From contig DATJHQ010000019.1 of the NCBI GenBank assembly GCA_035493815.1, positions 15,054 through 79,053 on the forward strand: a stretch of 64,000 nt of DNA, read 5' to 3'. This document shows, piece after piece, positions 38,612 through 48,530 of this stretch. Positions within the stretch are counted from its first letter, which is position 1. Each line of letters starts with the position of its first letter. The notes under the pieces were generated by a model. That model ran no database searches. It saw only the letters and a list, made by a program, of their open reading frames with translations, and was not told the origin of the DNA. A program made the position numbers and the translations under genes. Source of the DNA: Rariglobus sp. GTDB taxonomy: Bacteria; Verrucomicrobiota; Verrucomicrobiia; Opitutales; Opitutaceae.

Positions 38612-41338
38612 TTATTTTCTCTCGGCAAACGTGGCGTCGGCCTTGTCGCGATCAGAAACGGCCGGCTTTCGCCCCAATGGGCGCGCCTCGCGCAGATATT
38701 CCCCGGGATGCCCGAATGACTCGTAAGAGAATGCGTCTTTGTCCGAAAGGCCCGCAACCTTGCGCCAAGTGGCGTCGGCCTTGAACTCGCCCGATTCATC
38801 ATCCTTCTCAAATGTGATCACGCCCGCCCGATCCCTCAGGTAAAAGCCCGGCATGCGCGCTGACTCAAATGAGATGCCTTTTTCGTCCGCCAGTCCGGGC
38901 GTCATTTTCCAGAGAGCATCATCGTCGCGGTTAACATTCCTGTCGGCGTGAACGATATTCTTGTCCCTCGAATTATGAATGACGAATCCTTCGATCCTTG
39001 ATGGCTCCAGTCGCAGGAACGGATCGGTTACGCTTAAATGCGCAAACCGGACATTCGCATCCGTGGCGCGAAAACCGACCGAGCCGGCTAGCGATCTGTA
39101 GTCGGTTACGTCAAGCAGCGGCGCACTCATGTCATCAACAAAGACGCGAATGGTGCCTCCAAACGCATCTACCCTCAGCCGGTAGCGCTTTCCGGAAACA
39201 ACGCCCAACGGAACCGATTTGATCGGCACCCACTCTCCCTTTGTCACGTAGCTCAGCGTCAAACCTGACGAACAAGAAAGCCCGGCGAAATATCCTTCGG
39301 CGTTTCTCGCAGTCGCTTCACCGCTCATGCGAAAAACCAGACCGGCCTCGCCAGCCGCCGACATCGTCATATCGGCCGTCACAGAGACATTGCTGAAGCA
39401 GGCCTTTGTCAGAGCGAGACCGGGAACGATATTCGCAAATCCGTCCTGATCCGAGCGCCAGGTGCCCGAGTGCGTCGCCCACGCCTCGGCGTGCGAAAAA
39501 TCATCACTGACCGACACCGTCGAAACCGGCCTCATGGCTTTGGAATCCGCGATCAAATCATCATGCGCCGCCCTGATGGCCTTCATGTCTCCCTTGAAAA
39601 CGGCCCGGTCGTAGGTGAAGAAGCCGTTGCGCTCGTTCTCTACGTCCGTGATCTGCGTGAAAATCGCATAGCTAAGCCCGGGACTATGCATGAGAGCCTT
39701 GATCCGCCCGATCATGTCCACATATCGGGCGGTATAGTTGGCCGAGGTATCCTGATCCCTGTTGACCGGCGTCCAGCTGTGATCCTTCACCACAAACCCC
39801 ATGCCGCCAAACTCTCCTTGGCCGGCGATGCGGGTGCCGGAAGGAGGTGGTGATGCCGGCCCTGGATAGGTGTGCCAATCAAGCACATCCCCAGACGGCA
39901 CAGATGAATATCCGGTTTCCGCGATGACCAATCTGCTGGGGTCATAACTTTTTATCCAATTCGCCAGCCGCGCGACCTCGCTTCTGTCGCGATACTCGCC
40001 CCAGCCTTCGTTAAACTCCACCCAGCCGATGATCGAGGGAACACTCCGGAGCTGGTCGATCATTTCCTTAAACTCAGCCTCGAATTGTTTTTTCTCCTCG
40101 GCGTTCACCTCGGGGGGATGCTCGCTCGTTCTCGCCGTCCCGTCCGGCCTGACTCCATTCGGAGCCATCGAAGGCATGTCCTGCAGGACCAGCAGGCCAA
40201 GCTTGTCCGCCCAATAATACCAGCGCGCAGGCTCCACCTTGATATGCTTGCGCACCGTGTTGAATCCACACGCCTTTTCCTGCTCCAGATCGAACCTCAG
40301 CGCCTCGTCCGTCGGCGCCGTGTAATTTCCGTCCGGCCAGAACCCTTGGTCCAGCGGCCCGATCATGAACACAAACTTGCCGTTGAGCAGCGGCCGCATG
40401 ATGCCGTCCACTTTGCCTATACCAATGCTGCGCATGGCGAAGTAGCCCGACACTGCATCCGTCGCGCCTGCGGTTTTCTTCAGCGACACTTTTATGTCGT
40501 ATAAAAATGGATCGTCGGGCGACCAGAGGCGCGCATTGGCAATCGGCAGCGCAATCTCGGCCCCAGCGATCCCGGTCGCCCGTCCCACCTCGCGTCCGCC
40601 CGCCAAAGCGACGGCCTCCACGGTTTCATTTCCGGCATCCGAACTCCGGACAACCAACCGCAACGTGGACGCAGGCACATCGGGAGTCATGTCCAACCGC
40701 GTGATATGGACTGCGGGAACCGCCTCGAGCCACACCGTCTGCCATATTCCCGAACTGGCGGCATACCAGTAGCCTCTCGGCACCAACGTCTGTTTCCCCA
40801 CCGGCTGACGCCCTTTATCCACGGGGGCATACACCCCCACGATGACTTCGTTCGTCCCCTGCTTGAGCTTGTCCGTGATATCAAAATCGAAGGCGCCATA
40901 ACCGCCCTTGTGTCCGCCCACCGGTCGACCGTTGATGTAAACCGCCGCCTCCCAATCGACCGCGCCAAAATGCAGCAGCACATGCTTCTCCGTCCAATCG
41001 GACGGCACGACAAACGTGCGGCGATACCACATCCGCTCCTCCGAACGCATCAAACCGGAGAGCGGCGATTCAACCGGATAAGGGACGAGGATGTTTTCCG
41101 AAAGCGTCTTTCCAACGGGAACAGGGTCTCCTTCTTTTGCCGAAGAAAATTCCCAAAGCCCGTTCAGGTTGAGCCAATCCGGACGGACCATTTGCGGCCT
41201 CGGATATTCAGGCAGGACATTGGTCGTTGAGACCTGTGCCGCCCATCGCGTCATGAGAGGCGCCTGCTTGATTTCAAAGGCGGCCTTGGCGCCCAAAACG
41301 GTCGCCAAAGTCATGAACACCATCGCGATTTTTTTCAT
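38612..41338 (-). CDS. Secreted glycoside hydrolase family 2 enzyme with C-terminal LamG/DUF1080-like and AbfB (CBM42-like) modules
   Basis: Trimmed to ATG 41338 (MKKIAMVFMTLATVLGAKAA signal peptide). GH2 sugar-binding and TIM-barrel regions (NTVRKHIKVEP, WVEFNEGWGEY). Then a concanavalin-like segment (GEAGLVFRMSG...YRLRVDAFGGTIRVFVDD) and an AbfB-like tail (FESARMPGFYLRDRAGVITF). Substrate unknown. Confidence 0.7.
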   Translation of the reverse strand: MKKIAMVFMTLATVLGAKAAFEIKQAPLMTRWAAQVSTTNVLPEYPRPQMVRPDWLNLNGLWEFSSAKEGDPVPVGKTLSENILVPYPVESPLSGLMRSEERMWYRRTFVVPSDWTEKHVLLHFGAVDWEAAVYINGRPVGGHKGGYGAFDFDITDKLKQGTNEVIVGVYAPVDKGRQPVGKQTLVPRGYWYAASSGIWQTVWLEAVPAVHITRLDMTPDVPASTLRLVVRSSDAGNETVEAVALAGGREVGRATGIAGAEIALPIANARLWSPDDPFLYDIKVSLKKTAGATDAVSGYFAMRSIGIGKVDGIMRPLLNGKFVFMIGPLDQGFWPDGNYTAPTDEALRFDLEQEKACGFNTVRKHIKVEPARWYYWADKLGLLVLQDMPSMAPNGVRPDGTARTSEHPPEVNAEEKKQFEAEFKEMIDQLRSVPSIIGWVEFNEGWGEYRDRSEVARLANWIKSYDPSRLVIAETGYSSVPSGDVLDWHTYPGPASPPPSGTRIAGQGEFGGMGFVVKDHSWTPVNRDQDTSANYTARYVDMIGRIKALMHSPGLSYAIFTQITDVENERNGFFTYDRAVFKGDMKAIRAAHDDLIADSKAMRPVSTVSVSDDFSHAEAWATHSGTWRSDQDGFANIVPGLALTKACFSNVSVTADMTMSAAGEAGLVFRMSGEATARNAEGYFAGLSCSSGLTLSYVTKGEWVPIKSVPLGVVSGKRYRLRVDAFGGTIRVFVDDMSAPLLDVTDYRSLAGSVGFRATDANVRFAHLSVTDPFLRLEPSRIEGFVIHNSRDKNIVHADRNVNRDDDALWKMTPGLADEKGISFESARMPGFYLRDRAGVITFEKDDESGEFKADATWRKVAGLSDKDAFSYESFGHPGEYLREARPLGRKPAVSDRDKADATFAERK

Positions 41339-41631
41339 AAAAGGAATGAGATCGATGCGACCCGAAAAGGGTGCGAACAAAGGGGAGGGGCCTCGTCAGT
41401 AGCCGGAATAAGCATGCGTCACGGCAAACGAAATTCGCTGCCGCCCTTCATTTAGACCCGATACCTTGCCGTCGTCGGAGAAATCGGATCATTCATGTCG
41501 CCCGTGATAACCCGTGAGTCCCGCACCTCGGCCTGTCATGAAAAGGCAATCCGCCTTATGCCATCTGACTGGATTACTCCCACCTTGTGCCATGTCGGAT
41601 TTCTTTGCGCCCTCCTGTGCCTTTGCCCCAG

Positions 41632-42804
41632 ATGAAGTCGGCGCATTCGCCTACCATGAAACAAGTCGCCCTTCTGATTGAGACCTCGCTGGCATCCGGC
41701 CGTGACATTCTCGGCGGCATCTCGCGTTTCCTGCACGAGCAAAACAGCTGGTGCGTTTTCCATCAGACGGGACCGCTCGGCGCCATGAATCCTGCCTCCT
41801 TGGAAAACTGGTCCGGCGACGGCATCATCGCCCGCATCACCGACCACACCATGCTCCGCCTGGTGAGAAAAAAACGCGTTCCAGTGGTCGATGTTTTGGG
41901 CAATGTTCCGGACACCAACCTGCCCTTAATCACCCCGGATGACCGGGCGATCGCGCGGCTCGTGCACGGACACTTTTCCAAGTGCGGATTCCGGCACTTT
42001 GCTTTTTTCGGCTGGAAACATGAACCTTGGTCTGAACGCCGCGAGCAGGCCTTCGCAGAATGCGTCCTGACCGATTCAAATAACACTTTCGAGGCGCTGG
42101 GCATCAATCACGACGAGAAACAAGACGCACTCTGGCCCGCCTATCTGAAGCGTCTGACCGACTGGATCACCACTCTGCCCAAACCCGTCGCGTTGATGAC
42201 GAGCAGCGATCAGCTTGCCCTCGACATCATTGAAGCTTGCCGCCGTCTTTCCATTTTGATCCCCGAACAGGTCGCAATCATCGGAGTCGATGACGACGCG
42301 GCCTTCTGCGATCTGTGCATGCCCCGCCTGAGCAGCGTGATGCCCGACCACATCCAAGTCGGCTATGAGGCCGCCCGCCTGCTGGACGGATTGATGAACG
42401 GAGCCTCCGCACCGCCCGGCGCCATCCGCATACCTCCTCAAAAACTGCGCCTGCGAGACTCCAGTGATGTCATCGCGGTCGATGATCCCGCCTTGATCAA
42501 GGCCTGCCGATTGATTCGCACCCATGCCTGCGAAGGAATCCAGGTAAACGAAATCGCCCGCGCCACGGGTCTTTCGCGTAGCGTGCTCCAACGCCGATTC
42601 CTGAAATCAACCGGGAAAACCGTGTTCGACGCCATCCTCACCACCAAGCTCACGCGTGCAAAAGAGATGATCGCCAACACACCGCTGCCCCTGATGAAAA
42701 TCGCTGCGGCTACCGGGTTCAAACACCAGGAATATTTGGGTGCGGTCATAAAGCGGCACACCGGCCTGACAGCCACGCAGTATCGGAAGAACAATTCCTC
42801 TTAA
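41632..42804 (+). CDS. XylR-like hybrid regulator (periplasmic-binding-protein-like sugar sensor domain + AraC-type HTH)
   Basis: N-terminal LacI/PBP1-like fold (VALLIETSLASGRDILGGISRF...) and a C-terminal AraC HTH (IAAATGFKHQEYLGAVIKRHTGLTATQYRK). Start is ATG 41632 or ATG 41656. Confidence 0.8.
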   Translation: MKSAHSPTMKQVALLIETSLASGRDILGGISRFLHEQNSWCVFHQTGPLGAMNPASLENWSGDGIIARITDHTMLRLVRKKRVPVVDVLGNVPDTNLPLITPDDRAIARLVHGHFSKCGFRHFAFFGWKHEPWSERREQAFAECVLTDSNNTFEALGINHDEKQDALWPAYLKRLTDWITTLPKPVALMTSSDQLALDIIEACRRLSILIPEQVAIIGVDDDAAFCDLCMPRLSSVMPDHIQVGYEAARLLDGLMNGASAPPGAIRIPPQKLRLRDSSDVIAVDDPALIKACRLIRTHACEGIQVNEIARATGLSRSVLQRRFLKSTGKTVFDAILTTKLTRAKEMIANTPLPLMKIAAATGFKHQEYLGAVIKRHTGLTATQYRKNNSS

Positions 42805-42814
42805 AGACACTTGA

Positions 42815-43939
42815 TCATCCTCTAGCTTCGAATGTCCCATCGGCGCGTTTCACGATCAGGCGTTTCAGTTCAAGCATCATCAACGTGGCCGAAAGCTGTG
42901 AAGCCGGCAGGCCCGTCTGGCCTGCGATCATGTCGATCGACACCAACGCTCCGCCCGCAAAACACGCGTAGACCCGTTGTTCTTCCGGTGTCAGATTGGA
43001 TGCCGCCAGCACCGTGCTTCCCATCGTCTTTTCCGGAATCGGCGCGGGGCGCAGGCCGTCGAGATAACTGAGCTCGCTCAAAATATCGTCCACGCCCGTC
43101 AACAGCGTCGCTCCATCGCGAATCAATTGATGGCAACCCGCGCTCGACGGTTGGTCGATGCGTCCCGGCACGGCGAAAATCAACCTCCCCTGCTCGCCCG
43201 CAAAACGAGCCGTGATCATCGAACCTCCGCTCACATCGCTCTCGACCACCACCACCGCGTCACAGATGCCCGCCACGATACGGTTGCGCATCGCGAACGA
43301 CTGCTTGTCGGCCCGACGTGTGAAGGGGAACTCCGACAAAATCGCCCCCGACTCCTCGATCTTGCGATAAAGCCCGAGATTCTCCGCCGGATAGATGATG
43401 TCGATGCCGTTGCCCAACACCGCGGCGGTTTTTCCGCCGACAGATAACGCTCCCTCGTGCGCCGCTGTATCGATGCCACGCGCCAGTCCGCTCACCACGC
43501 AAAAGCCCAGCCGCGCCAGATCCGCGCCCAGTTTTTTGGCGACACTTTGGCCATAAAGCGTGGTGCGCCGGCTGCCCACGATGGCCACGCTCGGTTGCCC
43601 GAATTCATAAGAGCCCTTGCGATACAATCCGATGGGCGGGCTGTCTATTTCGCGCAACAACTTGGGATAACCCGGATCTCGCATGGTGACAAACGTCGTC
43701 GCCGCCTGAGCCATGCGCTCCTCCTCGCGCTCCAAATCGAAGTGCTCCCGCCATTGCGCGATAGTCTCACAGATCACTGGGCCCACTCCTTTCACCTGCT
43801 TCAGCCTGCCCGACCCCGCCGTGAACACCGCACGCGGATCATCGCCCAGCTCGGCCAACAACCGGTTGAGCGTGATCGGTCCGATATTGGGCAACGCGTT
43901 CAACACGAGAAACGCCTGTTGTTCGCTCAGATCCGTCAT
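42815..43939 (-). CDS. dprA: DNA-processing protein DprA (Smf)
   Basis: GLARGIDTAAHEGAL motif and a Rossmann-like DprA core. I chose ATG 43939; the longest ORF uses TTG 43969. Confidence 0.88.
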   Translation of the reverse strand: MTDLSEQQAFLVLNALPNIGPITLNRLLAELGDDPRAVFTAGSGRLKQVKGVGPVICETIAQWREHFDLEREEERMAQAATTFVTMRDPGYPKLLREIDSPPIGLYRKGSYEFGQPSVAIVGSRRTTLYGQSVAKKLGADLARLGFCVVSGLARGIDTAAHEGALSVGGKTAAVLGNGIDIIYPAENLGLYRKIEESGAILSEFPFTRRADKQSFAMRNRIVAGICDAVVVVESDVSGGSMITARFAGEQGRLIFAVPGRIDQPSSAGCHQLIRDGATLLTGVDDILSELSYLDGLRPAPIPEKTMGSTVLAASNLTPEEQRVYACFAGGALVSIDMIAGQTGLPASQLSATLMMLELKRLIVKRADGTFEARG

Positions 43940-44001
43940 ATGGCCACTACGCCCAAAAATATACGCCAAGTCCAGACCGCCGCCGCTACCGCTCCTCTTT
44001 C

Positions 44002-44955
44002 TCAGGTAACGGCGTTAAAAATCCAGCCGATGAGGGTGGTTCCCGTCAGCACAATGCCGGAAAAAATCACCAACAACCTCACCGACATCAACCCGCGCAA
44101 AAGCGTCAACTCCGGCAACGACACCCCGACCGCAGACAAGATGAAAGCCATCGCCGTCCCCAGCGGCACACCCTTCGCCACAAACGCCTCAAGCAAGGGC
44201 ACGGTTGCATTGGCGCTTACATAGAGCGGCAGGCCGCACAGAGAGGCCAACGGCACACTCCACGCCCCCGTTCCAGCCATCATGCGGCCCAGGAAACCCT
44301 CCGGCACGAATCCATGCATGCCCGCCCCAAGCAGAAGCGCGCCCATCAGATAATAAAAAATCTTTTTGTAAATATGCAGACTGTCACCGGCAGCTTCGTG
44401 CAAACGACCGCTCCAAGTGGCCGGCCCTTTCTCGACAACCTCATTTTCGATTTCCGACTCCGGGTGCAACCAGCGCTCCGCATGCAGCCATGTCAGAATC
44501 ACGCCACCAAGCATACCGAGCACGACACCCGCCAACGTGTAACCGGCGGCGATCTTCCAGCCAAAGCTCACCCCGATCAGCACGACCGCGATTTCATTGA
44601 CCAGTGGAGACGTGATTAAAAAAGCAAATGCGACCCCGATGGGAAACCGCGCCTTCACAAATCCGAGAAACAGCGGCACCGATGAACACGAGCAAAACGG
44701 CGTCAGCGCCCCGAAGAACGCCGCGGCCGGATAGCCCGCCCACCGCGCCGGCGACCGTTCGAGCCACACCCGTATGCGTTCCATGGGCAATGCCGACCTC
44801 ACCAGCCCCATGATAAACGCCACCACCAGAATCAGCACGGTGATCTTCAGCAGATCATAGACAAAAAAATGCACGGACGCGCCCCATGCGCTCTGAAGCC
44901 CGAGGCCCGTCCACCGCACGACCGCATCCGCAACGATTTCCGCCCAAGTCCACAT
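44002..44955 (-). CDS. UPF0718/DUF318-type permease
   Basis: Multi-TM protein with the conserved TPFCSCSSVPLF motif. I chose ATG 44955; the longest ORF uses TTG 44973. Confidence 0.65.
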   Translation of the reverse strand: MWTWAEIVADAVVRWTGLGLQSAWGASVHFFVYDLLKITVLILVVAFIMGLVRSALPMERIRVWLERSPARWAGYPAAAFFGALTPFCSCSSVPLFLGFVKARFPIGVAFAFLITSPLVNEIAVVLIGVSFGWKIAAGYTLAGVVLGMLGGVILTWLHAERWLHPESEIENEVVEKGPATWSGRLHEAAGDSLHIYKKIFYYLMGALLLGAGMHGFVPEGFLGRMMAGTGAWSVPLASLCGLPLYVSANATVPLLEAFVAKGVPLGTAMAFILSAVGVSLPELTLLRGLMSVRLLVIFSGIVLTGTTLIGWIFNAVT

Positions 44956-45009
44956 GCGGCCAGTCTTGCACAAACCGCCTCCGATGACTGCGCATCGGTT
45001 GGTTTTGGC

Positions 45010-46455
45010 TCACCCCCGCAGCGCCGATGGCAAAAACTCGATCAATTGCGTCGTCCGCACCGAAACCTGACCGTGTGCACGGGCCAGTGCATCTGCGGCC
45101 ATCCCATGCCACACTGCGCCGCGACAGGCCGCCAGCAACCGGTCGCCCGGTGTCTGCGCCAGCAAACCGCCGGTTAATCCCGCCAATACATCCCCGCTGC
45201 CACCACGGGCCAAAACCGGACCGCCAAAGAAGCTCCAGTAAGATTCAGAACCCGTGCGCACCCGGGTGATCGGCCCTTTTTGAATGAACACCATGTCGGC
45301 GGTGATCGCATCCTTGATGCGCCCGTATTCACCGGCATGCGGCGTGAGAATGCGCGGCGCCTTGCCCGACAAAACGATGTCGGCCTGCAATGCATCGGCG
45401 TCGACCACCAACGGCACCGCCGACTGTCCGACGATGTCACGCACAAGCGCCAACGTCTCCGGCTCACGACCAAGACCGGGACCGACGAGGAGCGCGGTGG
45501 CACGGGAGATTTTTTCGCGAAGCAGATGCGCTCCTTCCAACGCCAGATTACCGTCCGGAGTCTCGGGCCACCCCACCCACATGGCTTCCGGCACACGCGC
45601 CGCAAACGCCGCCGCAAGAGACTCCGGCACAAAGGCCGTCACCAAGCCGGCGCCGCTCCGCAACGCCGCCATCACGCTCATCAGAACAGCACCGGGATAA
45701 TGACGCGACCCACCTATAATGAAGAGATGCCCGTAAGTGCGTTTATCGGAATGTGACGGGCGCAGGGCTCGCAACGGATCCAACACGCCGGATATGAGCA
45801 CCCTCTGCGACGCATCGGGAACACCACAGCTAACCTTAAAGTTCAGATCCAGATACCGCAGCCTTCCCGCATTGGGTAGCGTCAAAAGCGGAGACTTAAC
45901 AATGCCGGTCGCATAGGTAAAATCGGCACGAAACGCCGAGGCCTCATCGAGCCCGCTAGGCAAATCCACGGCTGCGCGCAGGCGGACCGGCAAAGCGTTC
46001 ACCGCGTTAAGGACCGCGGCGGTTTTATTATCCAGCGGAGGGTGAAACTGAAAGCCAAAGATACCATCGAGCACGAGATCGTAGCCAGCCTCGGCAAATT
46101 CTCCCACAGTCGTGGCGACAGGTGCAAGCTCGCGCCAAGCCCGCTGTGTAAGCACGCGAAGCTCACGTTCGCCAAGCACGAAACGCACCTCGATTTGCGT
46201 CTGCGGATACAGCTCGCGGATGTGCTGCGCGGCGATAAGCGCATCGCCGGCATTGTGCCCTTTTCCCGCCAGCACCAACACCCGACCAGCCGATGGAAAC
46301 CCGCCGAGTTCCTGAAAATCCCGCAATACGCCATCCGCGACCGCGCGACCGGCCCGTTGCATCGCAGTCCACTCGCGCTCCTCGTTACCTTCAAAAAACG
46401 AAGCCTCGAATTGTTTTGCTTCGGCGCAGGTGAGGATGGGATGCGCGAAGATCAT
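45010..46455 (-). CDS. nnr: Bifunctional NAD(P)H-hydrate repair enzyme Nnr (epimerase + ADP-dependent dehydratase)
   Basis: YjeF-N motif LAGKGHNAGDAL, and a C-terminal carbohydrate-kinase-like domain with GGSGDVLAG. Confidence 0.9.
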   Translation of the reverse strand: MIFAHPILTCAEAKQFEASFFEGNEEREWTAMQRAGRAVADGVLRDFQELGGFPSAGRVLVLAGKGHNAGDALIAAQHIRELYPQTQIEVRFVLGERELRVLTQRAWRELAPVATTVGEFAEAGYDLVLDGIFGFQFHPPLDNKTAAVLNAVNALPVRLRAAVDLPSGLDEASAFRADFTYATGIVKSPLLTLPNAGRLRYLDLNFKVSCGVPDASQRVLISGVLDPLRALRPSHSDKRTYGHLFIIGGSRHYPGAVLMSVMAALRSGAGLVTAFVPESLAAAFAARVPEAMWVGWPETPDGNLALEGAHLLREKISRATALLVGPGLGREPETLALVRDIVGQSAVPLVVDADALQADIVLSGKAPRILTPHAGEYGRIKDAITADMVFIQKGPITRVRTGSESYWSFFGGPVLARGGSGDVLAGLTGGLLAQTPGDRLLAACRGAVWHGMAADALARAHGQVSVRTTQLIEFLPSALRG

Positions 46456-46464
46456 GGCTTCAAT

Positions 46465-46887
46465 TCACACGGTCTTCACGATGGCTGCAACGGCCATCGC
46501 CGCCGTGTCCGTGTGCGAGAGCGTCAGCAAGATTGACGTGCCGCCCACTTGTTTGAGCAAGGCCAGTCCTTTTTCGTCGAGTCGCACGAGTGGTTCGTGT
46601 CGTTCGCCGTGGTAAACGGAAACCGATTTCCATCCGAGTTCCGCTCCGATGCCGGTCGTGAATGCCTTCGACACGGCCTCCTTCGCGGCAAAACGCGCGG
46701 CGAGATGCTTGTGGGGATACTTCATGCCAAAGCAATAGGCGCGCTCCTCGTCCGTAAATACGCGGTTGAGAAACCGGTCGCCCTGCCGTTCGAGCACGCC
46801 CGCGATGCGCCCCACGTCGATGAGATCGGCCCCCAAGCCGAGCAGCAAACCGCCCGCAGGGAGTGTGATGACACGCGGTTCGCTCAT
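46465..46887 (-). CDS. acpS: Holo-[acyl-carrier-protein] synthase
   Basis: Trimmed to ATG 46887, which overlaps the pdxJ stop (ATGA). LGLGADLIDVGRI and FAAKEAVSKA motifs. Confidence 0.9.
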   Translation of the reverse strand: MSEPRVITLPAGGLLLGLGADLIDVGRIAGVLERQGDRFLNRVFTDEERAYCFGMKYPHKHLAARFAAKEAVSKAFTTGIGAELGWKSVSVYHGERHEPLVRLDEKGLALLKQVGGTSILLTLSHTDTAAMAVAAIVKTV

Positions 46888-47630
46888 GGGGTGTTCATCA
46901 AGGTCTTCATCGTGTGCACGGCTTCGACGATACCGGTGGAAAGCGCACGGCTGATGATACTGTGCCCGATATTGAGTTCGTGAACATGCGGCAGTGTGCG
47001 GATCTCCGCCACGTTGTCGTAGTTGATGCCGTGCCCGGCGTTGACCACGAGACCGGCGGCGTGCGCGCAAACGGCACCGTCGCATAGACGCGCAAACTCG
47101 GCGGCGCGGCGCGGCGTATAATAGACATTGGCCCAGGCTCCGGTGTGGAGCTCGACCCACGGCGCGCCGAGCTCCGCACTCAGCTCGATCTGCGCTGGCT
47201 CGGGATCAATAAAAAGACTGGTGACAATGCCGGCGGCATTCATCGCCTCGACGCATGCCTTCACGCGATCTCTGTTGGCCACCACATCAAGACCGCCTTC
47301 GGTTGAAATTTCCTCGCGGCTCTCCGGCACGATGCACACCGCGTGCGGCTTCAACTTCAGCGCGAAGGCAATCATCGCAGGCGTGCAGGCCATCTCCAGA
47401 TTGATGGGCGTGCGCGCCACCTCGCGCAGGCGCCAAACATCGTGTTCCTGAATATGCCGGCGGTCCTCCCTCAAATGAAGCGTGATGCCGTCGGCACCGG
47501 CCGCCTCGGCCTGCACGGCGAGTTTCACCGGATCGGGCTCGACCGGGCCGACTTCGGCCTGGGCATAGCCGCGATAACGGGCCTGCCGGACGGTCGCGCA
47601 ATGGTCGATGTTTACGCCGAGGAGAATCAT
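46884..47630 (-). CDS. pdxJ: Pyridoxine 5'-phosphate synthase
   Basis: MILLGVNIDHCATVRQARY, HLREDRRHIQ and ELHTG motifs. 248 aa. Confidence 0.95.
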   Translation of the reverse strand: MILLGVNIDHCATVRQARYRGYAQAEVGPVEPDPVKLAVQAEAAGADGITLHLREDRRHIQEHDVWRLREVARTPINLEMACTPAMIAFALKLKPHAVCIVPESREEISTEGGLDVVANRDRVKACVEAMNAAGIVTSLFIDPEPAQIELSAELGAPWVELHTGAWANVYYTPRRAAEFARLCDGAVCAHAAGLVVNAGHGINYDNVAEIRTLPHVHELNIGHSIISRALSTGIVEAVHTMKTLMNTP

Positions 47631-47729
47631 GTGAGGCGACAGCCAAACAGAAATAGGGAAAGCAGGAAATCAGGAATATGATCTGAATTTTCCTTTCTGA
47701 ACCACCGAGTTCCAGATTGGTTGGCTTGA

Positions 47730-48473
47730 ATGACCAAGCCAGCGCCCAAACCGGAGAACCTGTTTCTCAACCTGATCTTCAACATCGGAATTCCGTGGGC
47801 CGCCCTCTCCCTGCTCAGCAAACCGGACAGGCTCGGTCCCGTATGGGCCCTGGTGGTGGCCGTCGCGTTTCCGCTTGGCTACGGGGCCTGGGATCTCGCG
47901 GTGCGCAAAAAAACCAACTTCATCTCCATCCTGGGTCTGGTCAGCGTGCTGGCTTCCGGCGGACTCGGGCTCATGAAAGTCGATCCATTTTGGTTCGCAG
48001 TCAAAAGCGGCGCCATGCCGGTCTTGATCGGACTGGCCGTGCTGGTCTCTTCGAAGACCAAACGACCGCTCGTGCGTGAAATCCTCTACAACGACCAGGT
48101 CATCGATGTGCCACGGATCGATGCCGTGCTGGATGAACGTGGCAATCGCGCCGCCTTCGACCGCCTGATCAACAACGCGAGCCTTTTGCTCATGGCCACA
48201 TTCGTGATCAGCGGCGCACTCAACTTCGGCCTCGCACGCTACGTCATCAAAAGCCCGGGCGGCACGCCTGAATTCAACGCCGAGCTGGCCCGGATGCACT
48301 TGCTCGATATCCCGGTCGCGACCGTGCCCAGCATGGCCATGTTGATGTTTGCCCTGTGGAAATTGATTAACGGCATCAAGATGCTCACCGGCCTGGATCT
48401 GGATGATATCTTCAAGGTCCACCCCGAAAAAACAAAGCCCGCGGCCACCCCGCAGGATTCGGGCAAGGCCTGA
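47730..48473 (+). CDS. Conserved polytopic inner-membrane protein (YciB/septation-protein-A-like architecture; function unknown)
   Basis: 247 aa with 5-6 hydrophobic helices. No catalytic motif recognised. Confidence 0.5.
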   Translation: MTKPAPKPENLFLNLIFNIGIPWAALSLLSKPDRLGPVWALVVAVAFPLGYGAWDLAVRKKTNFISILGLVSVLASGGLGLMKVDPFWFAVKSGAMPVLIGLAVLVSSKTKRPLVREILYNDQVIDVPRIDAVLDERGNRAAFDRLINNASLLLMATFVISGALNFGLARYVIKSPGGTPEFNAELARMHLLDIPVATVPSMAMLMFALWKLINGIKMLTGLDLDDIFKVHPEKTKPAATPQDSGKA

Positions 48474-48475
48474 CC

Positions 48476-48509
48476 AAAAGGGCCGGACGAAAAATCGTCC
48501 GGCCCTTTT
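48476..48509. terminator. Bidirectional terminator between the membrane-protein gene and gltA
   Basis: GGGCCGGACGA-AAAA-TCGTCCGGCCC flanked by an A-tract on the left and TTTT on the right. Confidence 0.85.
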
Positions 48510-48530
48510 GATGAATGGCTTTCTTCCGGC

